Shown here piece after piece: positions 9,954 through 17,383 of a stretch of DNA of 64,000 nt. Below the pieces are notes generated by a model that worked only from the letters and a program-made list of their open reading frames with translations, was not told where the DNA came from and ran no database searches. The stretch's first letter is position 1; each line of letters opens with the position of its first letter. Both the position numbers and the translations under genes were made by a program. This stretch comes from a virus (taxonomy: Duplodnaviria; Caudoviricetes): the IMG/VR virus record IMGVR_UViG_3300032030_000016. One strand, given 5' to 3'.

Positions 9954-10312
9954 TTTACAACCTTATTACGGTAAAACATTTCACTATTTTCAGTGTAAAC
10001 AAAATTGCCATTATTATGTGTGTATATTTTTGTTGCCTGTTTATCGCTAACAATTTTTTCAATGAAATACCACCCATATCCTTCTATCCACACAGGTTCT
10101 TGGTTTTGCATTATTTCAATTAATTCATTTAAATTTAATGGGCTATTTGATTCATTTATACTTTCTTCAAGAAGTTTTATAGCCATGTCATTTTTTACTG
10201 AAGCACATTCATTAACTTTAATCAAAGGGCAGTCGATACAATTACCAGTGACACAATATTTTAAAGCAAGTATTATATCTTTTTTTGTAAATTGTTTATT
10301 TATAGTTCCCAT
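9950..10312 (-). CDS. hypothetical protein (Cys cluster)
   Basis: CVTGNCIDCP. Confidence 0.6.
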   Translation of the reverse strand: MGTINKQFTKKDIILALKYCVTGNCIDCPLIKVNECASVKNDMAIKLLEESINESNSPLNLNELIEIMQNQEPVWIEGYGWYFIEKIVSDKQATKIYTHNNGNFVYTENSEMFYRNKVVK

Positions 10313-10662
10313 ATATTATCATCCATAAAAGTAATCAATGATTCATGACCATCATATTCATTAATAATAAATCTAGTATTAGGCTTGATGGTTTTTATAA
10401 CAATATCCCACCATCCTCCAACATAAACATCTTCATATCCAATATTTTCTAAAAAATCAATTAATTGTTGTCTTTCAGTATCTTTACCATGCAATTCAAA
10501 AAAATCTACAATTCTTTTGTCTACTGCAAGGTTTATAGAATCACTATTCCAAGTGCTCCATCCAGCACCATATCCGGGAGAAATAAGAACCTTGATTTCT
10601 CCTTTTTTTGTATATGAGAATTCTATATTTTCTTTTAGTTTATTTTTAGTAAAGTTGTTCAT
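10300..10662 (-). CDS. conserved hypothetical phage protein
   Basis: SPGYGAGWSTWN...EYDGHE; AAGGAG RBS. Confidence 0.7.
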   Translation of the reverse strand: MNNFTKNKLKENIEFSYTKKGEIKVLISPGYGAGWSTWNSDSINLAVDKRIVDFFELHGKDTERQQLIDFLENIGYEDVYVGGWWDIVIKTIKPNTRFIINEYDGHESLITFMDDNIWEL

Positions 10663-10700
10663 ATTATCTCCTTTTATTTTATAAAGTAAATATAATTATT

Positions 10701-11063
10701 TTAATAATCTCCAAAAGTTGTTTGTAACAAAAATATTGATTCATTTAACCATATTGTATTTTTTTCAAATATTGCTGTCACAATATAATTACACATTTTG
10801 TTTAGAATTCTATTATAATAATTCCGTAATGTTTTATCTTTACATATTTGAATAAAATTATTTTTTAAATGTATGATTTCAAAATATTTTTTATTAATAA
10901 TACTATTTTCTTCATTATTATCAATATCATTTTTTATATTTTGTATTATAGAGTTCAATTCAATAAAAAAATCATGTTTTAAATTTTCTCCAAATACAGG
11001 TGATTTTATACAAAAAAGGCATAAAAATATAAGAATAAGTGCAATTATAATATACCTTTTCAT
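10701..11063 (-). CDS. putative exported/membrane protein
   Basis: Signal-peptide-like N-terminus MKRYIIIALILIFLCLFC. Confidence 0.55.
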   Translation of the reverse strand: MKRYIIIALILIFLCLFCIKSPVFGENLKHDFFIELNSIIQNIKNDIDNNEENSIINKKYFEIIHLKNNFIQICKDKTLRNYYNRILNKMCNYIVTAIFEKNTIWLNESIFLLQTTFGDY

Positions 11064-11336
11064 TAGTATTCCTCTCTATATTTATCATTTAAATCTTCCA
11101 TAACCATTTCAATAAGATTTTCTCTTTCATCTTTTGACATGTTATCAATATCATAATTATTTTTTTTAAGAATCCTTATAGCGTCATTATATAAAAACCT
11201 ATTCCAAAAAAAATCTTGTGACATATTTACCTCCAATTCATACATATATTATACAGCAAAAAATAAATATTACAATGTGACAAATGTCATATGTTTTATA
11301 CCAAATAAGGTATAATTTTATAAATTAAATATTATG

Positions 11337-11654
11337 TTATACCTTATTGGGTATATTTTGTTTTGGATATAAATAATTTGGTAGATGACACCATGCAACA
11401 ACTTCTCCAGAATAATCCCATTGATTTTCTTCTGAGTTATAAAACAACACTTTTATTTTTTGTTCTTTATCATTAGTTTGTGCTAAATACCATGCGTTAT
11501 TATATGGACAATCAAATAAAGCATTATGCCATCTATAGTAATAAAAGATTGATTCTAAGTTTTGTCTTTTTCTTTGTTCATGCAATATAATAAAAGGAAA
11601 GATAAATACAAGACAGATTAGTACTATTAAGGTTATATCTTCAAGTATCTGCAT
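11337..11654 (-). CDS. membrane-anchored DUF551-like protein
   Basis: N-terminal TM helix; VVAWCHLP. Confidence 0.55.
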   Translation of the reverse strand: MQILEDITLIVLICLVFIFPFIILHEQRKRQNLESIFYYYRWHNALFDCPYNNAWYLAQTNDKEQKIKVLFYNSEENQWDYSGEVVAWCHLPNYLYPKQNIPNKV

Positions 11655-11855
11655 TTTTATTCCTTTGATTTTTTCATGTAAAATGTTTTTATTTCGTTTA
11701 TTTTATCATTCATTTTTAATTCAGATTCAGATATTTTTTCATCTAATATTTGATATAATCCTATAAAAAGCAAGAATAAATATATAACTAAAATAAATAA
11801 AATTATAAACAAAAGAATTTCTAATATTTTACTCATTTTTTACCTCACATGTCAT

Positions 11856-11884
11856 ATTGTACTGTATTTTATATGATATGTCAA
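11856..11884 (-). promoter_or_regulatory. sigma-A-type early promoter (leftward)
   Basis: Minus strand TTGACA-17bp-TACAAT. Confidence 0.6.
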
Positions 11885-11887
11885 GAT

Positions 11888-11938
11888 ATTTAAATAAACA
11901 TCCGCAAAAAATATAAAAATGCGGATGTTTATTTAAAT
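11888..11938. terminator. 19-bp stem hairpin downstream of the RNA ligase gene
   Basis: ATTTAAATAAACATCCGCA / TGCGGATGTTTATTTAAAT inverted repeat. Confidence 0.55.
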
Positions 11939-12020
11939 TTATTTTAATTTAAACCACATTATTTCTAAAATAATTATCACAATTATTGTGATAATTGTAA
12001 TTGCTAATGTGGCATAAATA

Positions 12021-13118
12021 TCATTCTTCATATTTAAACAAATATTCTGGGCTAACAGCCTTAAAACTATGCTGTCCATCTTTACTTCTTACAACAACAC
12101 CTTCACGTAAGACATTTGGGTTAATAACACTTTTTCCTGTAGCATAATTAAGCATTTCTTCCACTGTATCTGGTAATATAAAATTCTCATCAAGAATTGG
12201 AACAAACATTAATCCATTGTTTTCACAAATTTCTTTCGCTTCTACAGAACCTAATCTTCCTGATGGATAAATAAGATTAAAAATTCTTAATTCTCGACTA
12301 TTTAACTTATACGGATTACCTTGAATAGAAGGGCCATAACACTCACCTTGAATTGCAACCCAATCATTGTTGCCAATCATTTGTTTTAAAGTGTTTTCAA
12401 TATTATATTTTTTAGCCATTTCCCAATAATGACTATTATCGGCTTTCCATAACCTTAAATTTCTTGAACAAACAATAAATTCATATTTAATTTTACCGTA
12501 CCAAGTTCTATATTTAACAAGAAGATAGGAGCAAGAACAGCCATCAATCTTTTCTGTAATAATACATTTATCTTTATTTTTAAGGACATCTGAAAGAACC
12601 TGTACACGGATTTCGTCACTTTTACTTATATATTCTGTTGGGAATCCACGTTGTTGTTTTTTCGTTGGCAATACAAGTTTTCTAAACCAAGAAAAACGCA
12701 TTAAAAATTTAGGAAATCTCTTAGTTTTTTTATTTGAAGCATAAAGCTCCATTTCTTCTTCTGCTTGTGGATCATATTTTTTAATTTCAAGGATTTCTGT
12801 AACATCATCACCGACATTATATTTTTTATCATCTGGCAAAATAGAAAGTGGAAATACAATGCCTTGTGAATATGTGTTACCAAGCTTCATTGTTTTGATT
12901 CTAAATTTCTTATTTCTAAGAAATTCAAATTCTGGTTTTTCAGGCATTATACTATCTATTTCAACATAAATACATTTGTCGCCTATTTGAAACTCATCTT
13001 TTTTGACAATCACTCTCCAACCTAAAACGCTTGCAAGAACAATTCTGTCTTTTCCTTCGATTGGCTCAATATTGTCTATAATTTGTATAGACGCAAGTTT
13101 TCTAAAGTTATCTGCCAC
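12021..13118 (-). CDS. ATP-dependent RNA ligase (DRB0094/Rnl-type)
   Basis: RKLASIQII OB-like N-terminus; TEKIDG adenylation motif; QGE; REGVV; FKAVS. Confidence 0.9.
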   Translation of the reverse strand: MADNFRKLASIQIIDNIEPIEGKDRIVLASVLGWRVIVKKDEFQIGDKCIYVEIDSIMPEKPEFEFLRNKKFRIKTMKLGNTYSQGIVFPLSILPDDKKYNVGDDVTEILEIKKYDPQAEEEMELYASNKKTKRFPKFLMRFSWFRKLVLPTKKQQRGFPTEYISKSDEIRVQVLSDVLKNKDKCIITEKIDGCSCSYLLVKYRTWYGKIKYEFIVCSRNLRLWKADNSHYWEMAKKYNIENTLKQMIGNNDWVAIQGECYGPSIQGNPYKLNSRELRIFNLIYPSGRLGSVEAKEICENNGLMFVPILDENFILPDTVEEMLNYATGKSVINPNVLREGVVVRSKDGQHSFKAVSPEYLFKYEE

Positions 13119-13119
13119 C

Positions 13120-13545
13120 TTATCCTTCCTTTATCCAGTTTATAATTTCTTCCTTTGTTGCTATTGGTTTATTAGTAATTTTATTATTTGCAGAACATAT
13201 CTCATTTACTAATCCAATAAATAAACTTTTTGTTGCACAATAATCAAGACGAGGAAAATTATATGCACAAATACTCTCATCATTAAAATTTTGTATTGCT
13301 ATAATTGAATCAAAAGAATTTTCAACCATGTGGTCATCAATATCTTCCATAAAATTTTTCAATGAAAGAGTATTCCATGCCTCAATCGCTTTTTCTTCAT
13401 CATCATAAAAAAGCGTGCTTTCTTTGCAATTAAAACAATAAACTTGATATGACATTTCTTTTGTTTTATTGACAAAACAATCTTTTCGTAAAACTGCCAT
13501 ATCTCTATGGCACTTAGGGCAATTAATTAATCTTTTCATTTTCAT
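13120..13545 (-). CDS. Lar-like protein
   Basis: CPKC...CFNC...AIEAWN. Confidence 0.6.
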   Translation of the reverse strand: MKMKRLINCPKCHRDMAVLRKDCFVNKTKEMSYQVYCFNCKESTLFYDDEEKAIEAWNTLSLKNFMEDIDDHMVENSFDSIIAIQNFNDESICAYNFPRLDYCATKSLFIGLVNEICSANNKITNKPIATKEEIINWIKEG

Positions 13546-13855
13546 CGTCAGTAATTATTTCAATTCCATACAATATCGCAGCAAGTCTTTCCACTCTACA
13601 TCCTCTTGCTAAAGCCCATCCGTTGGCAAAATAAATAGCATCGCATTGGCTCATCCATGCAATAGATTTGCCAAGAAAGAATAAAGGTTTATGAATAATA
13701 TTATTCCCAATTTCCTTATTCCAATCTTCCTCAAAAAAAGTATTTACAACTTCATATCCTTTTGATTCCAAATATTTTTTTGCATTATCTCGTTCTTTAA
13801 TAATTTCTTCTTCTGTTTTATCTTTCATTGGTTGGCTAATCATTACTTTTTTCAT
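13523..13855 (-). CDS. DUF4406 / nucleoside deoxyribosyltransferase-like protein
   Basis: ISQPMKD...MSQCDAIYFANGW..ARGCRVE. Confidence 0.8.
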   Translation of the reverse strand: MKKVMISQPMKDKTEEEIIKERDNAKKYLESKGYEVVNTFFEEDWNKEIGNNIIHKPLFFLGKSIAWMSQCDAIYFANGWALARGCRVERLAAILYGIEIITDDENEKIN

Positions 13856-13876
13856 TTTATTTCTCCTTTTTAAAAT

Positions 13877-14341
13877 TTATATTTTTTCTTCATCACTTAT
13901 CTTTCCAATAATATAAGGATAATCCTCTTTATTGTATATTCCTTTATTTATAGCTAAAGATTTTGCTTCAGGTAAACTTGTTTCATATATAACACATTTT
14001 TTATTTTTATAAGAAAGTTTCCAGTAATGTTTATCTGTGTCTTCTCCTCTCCTTGTTCTACAAGATGGGCATTGGCAATCATCTACATCTGGATTGTAAT
14101 CACGAGAAAAATAATCTATAATAAATCTTTTACACTCATCTTTTGCGATATGCTCTGTACAGTTACGTGTAAACTGTCTGCAACCATAACACAAACAAAT
14201 ATTGCAATCACCATCAATAATATCTGCAACTTGATTAGGGGTTAAACTATCAATATCATCAGTAGCAACATTAAAAAATGATATAATTGCAACATCTCGA
14301 TCAGCATGAAGAGTTTGTTTTAAGTTTTCAAGATTGTTCAT
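13877..14341 (-). CDS. Cys-rich hypothetical protein
   Basis: Multiple CxxC motifs. Confidence 0.6.
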   Translation of the reverse strand: MNNLENLKQTLHADRDVAIISFFNVATDDIDSLTPNQVADIIDGDCNICLCYGCRQFTRNCTEHIAKDECKRFIIDYFSRDYNPDVDDCQCPSCRTRRGEDTDKHYWKLSYKNKKCVIYETSLPEAKSLAINKGIYNKEDYPYIIGKISDEEKI

Positions 14342-14482
14342 ATTTATATAATCTTTCTATTGATATAGGGTTTTCTGTATCTTTTGAAAAAATTCTGTGT
14401 TGTTTTTCAAAAATACATTTTCATTTTGGATAATAGGAACAATATACTTAGCTAATTTTATTTTAGAGCCTTTACATACCAT
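14328..14482 (-). pseudogene. internally deleted Dam-like methyltransferase remnant
   Basis: N-terminal MVCKGSKIKLAKYIVPIIQ joined out of frame to C-terminal-like KCIFEK...IERLYKY; catalytic core absent. Confidence 0.6.
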
Positions 14483-14484
14483 AT

Positions 14485-15390
14485 TTATTTTTCCAATATA
14501 TCTGTCTTATCATCAAAAAAATAATTAAAGTTTTTTGCTCGGTAGCTTTCATAAAAATAATCTAATACAAAGTTTCTCTTATTTTCACTCAAAAACTCAA
14601 TTTCTTTTTTTACGCCTTCATTGCTTCCCCTTAGTCTAATTCCATATGGACAACCAGCACATCCAGTTTGATTTACATATTGATAGACGTGTGGAACTTC
14701 AATTTCATATTTTTTTTCTATTTCATCTCTTAAATTTCTCGTTAAATCATGAATAGGATAAAAATGTCCAACCTTATTAAAACAAGTTGTAATCATATTA
14801 GAACGATAGATTGATTCTCCGCTCATAATACCTAAAATTGGCTTTTTCCCTGTTTCTTTATCATAAATTTTAGCTGGTTCTTTTTTCATAAATGAGCAAC
14901 AATATTTGCTTACTTTATGAAGTTTTCCAGAAAACAATAAATCGTATGCCCTATTTGGTAAAGCAGCATATGGTAATCTACCTAATTTTTTAGGACTATA
15001 ATTTATATCTCTAAAAATATAGAGATGAATATAGTTTGGCATATCTTCATCTTTAATACCTTTTTCTAAATTTTTTCTATATTCATAGATAAATTGATCC
15101 TGCATTTTGGTGAAACAAGGGATTCCATATTGTTCTTTTATTTCATATGGCTTTTTTGTTGGGTGAAGAACTCTGTCTGCATTATTTAAAATTCTATCTC
15201 TAATTTCAACATGCTCAAAAGGTGTTAATGCTGATACAATTTCAATATCATCATTTTTCAAATATTTTTTTATAAACCAATAAAGTAAATGACTATCTCT
15301 TCCTCCCGAATAAGATAAATAATATTCTTTTGGATTTATTTTATCAAATTTGCTTTTTAAATCTTCTAAATAAAAATCTACCTCATCCAT
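14485..15390 (-). CDS. PAPS reductase-like (PP-loop, Fe-S) protein
   Basis: LSYSGGRDS, CCSFMKKEP, TGCAGCP; start moved to MDEVDF. Confidence 0.85.
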   Translation of the reverse strand: MDEVDFYLEDLKSKFDKINPKEYYLSYSGGRDSHLLYWFIKKYLKNDDIEIVSALTPFEHVEIRDRILNNADRVLHPTKKPYEIKEQYGIPCFTKMQDQFIYEYRKNLEKGIKDEDMPNYIHLYIFRDINYSPKKLGRLPYAALPNRAYDLLFSGKLHKVSKYCCSFMKKEPAKIYDKETGKKPILGIMSGESIYRSNMITTCFNKVGHFYPIHDLTRNLRDEIEKKYEIEVPHVYQYVNQTGCAGCPYGIRLRGSNEGVKKEIEFLSENKRNFVLDYFYESYRAKNFNYFFDDKTDILEK

Positions 15391-15943
15391 TATTTGTTTC
15401 CCTTTTTGGTGGTTCGCATTGTGTAGCAAACATATACCTACTATTTCTATTATAATATGGTTCAGATGCCCTATCTATTAATTTTGTATATATTATCTGA
15501 ACTACTCTTGAACCAAATGGAATAATGATAGTGTTATGACTATCATTTTTAAATTCAAGTGTTATCCTGCCTTTAAAACCAGCATCTATCACACCAGCCA
15601 TCATATGATTCACAAACATTCTGCCTAAAGTTGATTTTGTAAAAAGTTGTCCACATAAACAATCTGGCATAATAACATATTCTCTTGTGCAACACAATAC
15701 ACATTCATTTGGTAATAAAATTAAGTTATCTGATGTGTAATATTGAGTTTCCCAACAATCTTCATTTGATTCACCGTAAACAAGTTGTTTATTCTTTTTC
15801 ATATGCATAACATATTTATCTAAAGTAAGATCAATACTATTTGGATTTATTTGTTTTTCAACATTGTTAATGTTAGTTGAAGATTGTTCAAAATCAAATA
15901 AATATGGCAATATATCTTTCAACACTGAATCATTAAGTACCAT
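15383..15943 (-). CDS. dcd: dCTP deaminase
   Basis: INPNSIDL, KSTLGR, IDAGFKGRITLE. Confidence 0.88.
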   Translation of the reverse strand: MVLNDSVLKDILPYLFDFEQSSTNINNVEKQINPNSIDLTLDKYVMHMKKNKQLVYGESNEDCWETQYYTSDNLILLPNECVLCCTREYVIMPDCLCGQLFTKSTLGRMFVNHMMAGVIDAGFKGRITLEFKNDSHNTIIIPFGSRVVQIIYTKLIDRASEPYYNRNSRYMFATQCEPPKRETNNG

Positions 15944-15958
15944 ATTTCTCCTTTTTAT

Positions 15959-16813
15959 TTATACTGAATATGGTTTATAATTTTTGTTACGCTTATAAAA
16001 TTTAGAAATATCTCTTTCTTTATTTTCTTCTTCAGACTTTTGTTTTTTTTGTTTTTTATTTTTCTTTTCTGGTTCTTCTATGGAATTATCATATGGTATT
16101 GCTTGTGTTGTTTTAGAAATATTTTCATCTATATCATGTTCCTCTGGTAGTTCATCTACGCCTTCTAAGTAATATCCACAATAATTTTTTCTTTGACATT
16201 CTTCACAATCTAAATCTTCACAATTAATATCATAGGTATAAAACAATACAACATTATTATCAACATATAAAGTATTTTTATAACAAGTTGAAATTGCTTC
16301 TACAATACGATCTTCTGGTGTTTTATCTTGATTATTATCAAGAACACCAACCGCAACATCTGCCCCAGAACCAATTACAAGATAATCATCAATGCTTCTA
16401 ACACATCCTTCTTGTGAAATTTCATACGCTTTATCTTTATATGCAAAGATAAATTCATTATTCAAAATAGGCGGGACAAAATTTCCAGATTCATCACACC
16501 TTGGTTCTAAACTAATTCTATGATATGATTCAAGAATATCACATAAACAGCTATAAAGGTCACAAACAACATAATCAAAATCAATGCTATCAGTTATAAT
16601 TCTTTCTGGATTAATAATTGGATGCGCTGAAATCAATTGGTTATCTCGCAAAAATCCAACTCCACCCATTAACCCATATGGACAATCAATAATATTCCAA
16701 ATCTTACACGATTCATCGTTTGTTAAACGATACTTATTATTTCCAAAGGAAACTTGAGAATCACATCCCATTACAATTCCCTGATCTGTTTTAATTGCTA
16801 CAACAAGACTCAC
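15959..16813 (-). CDS. Ntn-hydrolase (proteasome-beta/HslV-like) protein with Cys-rich and charged C-terminal tail
   Basis: MSLVVAI...MGCDSQVS...IGSGADVAVG. Confidence 0.75.
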   Translation of the reverse strand: MSLVVAIKTDQGIVMGCDSQVSFGNNKYRLTNDESCKIWNIIDCPYGLMGGVGFLRDNQLISAHPIINPERIITDSIDFDYVVCDLYSCLCDILESYHRISLEPRCDESGNFVPPILNNEFIFAYKDKAYEISQEGCVRSIDDYLVIGSGADVAVGVLDNNQDKTPEDRIVEAISTCYKNTLYVDNNVVLFYTYDINCEDLDCEECQRKNYCGYYLEGVDELPEEHDIDENISKTTQAIPYDNSIEEPEKKNKKQKKQKSEEENKERDISKFYKRNKNYKPYSV

Positions 16814-16834
16814 TATATATTATTCTCCAATTCT

Positions 16835-17254
16835 TCATTTAGATTTTTTTATCCAATATATTCCAATACATTCAGAACTGCAATCCCAGCTATCCCAAAA
16901 TTTTTTATTTTTAATTGCTGTTAAATGATGAGTTCCTGCATGACATACAATTATATCTGTTTTTTTAATTTTGTCAAGAAATTCATATCCTCTATATCTT
17001 GTATTATTATTTCTTCTCATTTGTTTGCATTTTTCAAAACCAATGTCTTCAAGATATTTCATATAACAATCTTTATTATTTGGTACAGATTTTACTTCAT
17101 GCGCAATTTTACTTAAATCATCAAGAACATCATCCCATGATTTACCAGTAGCAACAGATAATGCTCGTATTACACAATCACCTGTTTTTTTATTATCTGG
17201 ATTAGCATTATAAAAATGCACATATTTAGTATCTTTTTGTTTTTTGTTTTTCAT
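16835..17254 (-). CDS. conserved phage protein, putative Cys peptidase-like
   Basis: NANP...GDCVIRALS...HHLTAI...DSWD; start moved to MKNKKQ with AGGAG RBS. Confidence 0.7.
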   Translation of the reverse strand: MKNKKQKDTKYVHFYNANPDNKKTGDCVIRALSVATGKSWDDVLDDLSKIAHEVKSVPNNKDCYMKYLEDIGFEKCKQMRRNNNTRYRGYEFLDKIKKTDIIVCHAGTHHLTAIKNKKFWDSWDCSSECIGIYWIKKSK

Positions 17255-17279
17255 ATAATTTGCTCCTATTTTTTCTTTT

Positions 17280-17308
17280 ATTATACCACAACATTTTATA
17301 ATTGTCAA
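17280..17308 (-). promoter_or_regulatory. consensus sigma-A promoter, leftward (early arm)
   Basis: TTGACA-17bp-TATAAT with extended -10 (TGTGGTATAAT) on the minus strand. Confidence 0.85.
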
Positions 17309-17321
17309 GAGGTTTTTGTAC

Positions 17322-17350
17322 TTGACAATTAGAGAAATATGTGGTATAAT
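17322..17350 (+). promoter_or_regulatory. consensus sigma-A promoter, rightward (RNAP gene)
   Basis: TTGACA(17322)-17bp-TATAAT(17345) with extended -10. Confidence 0.88.
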
Positions 17351-17383
17351 ATATATAAATATAATATAAGAAAGGAAAAGAGT

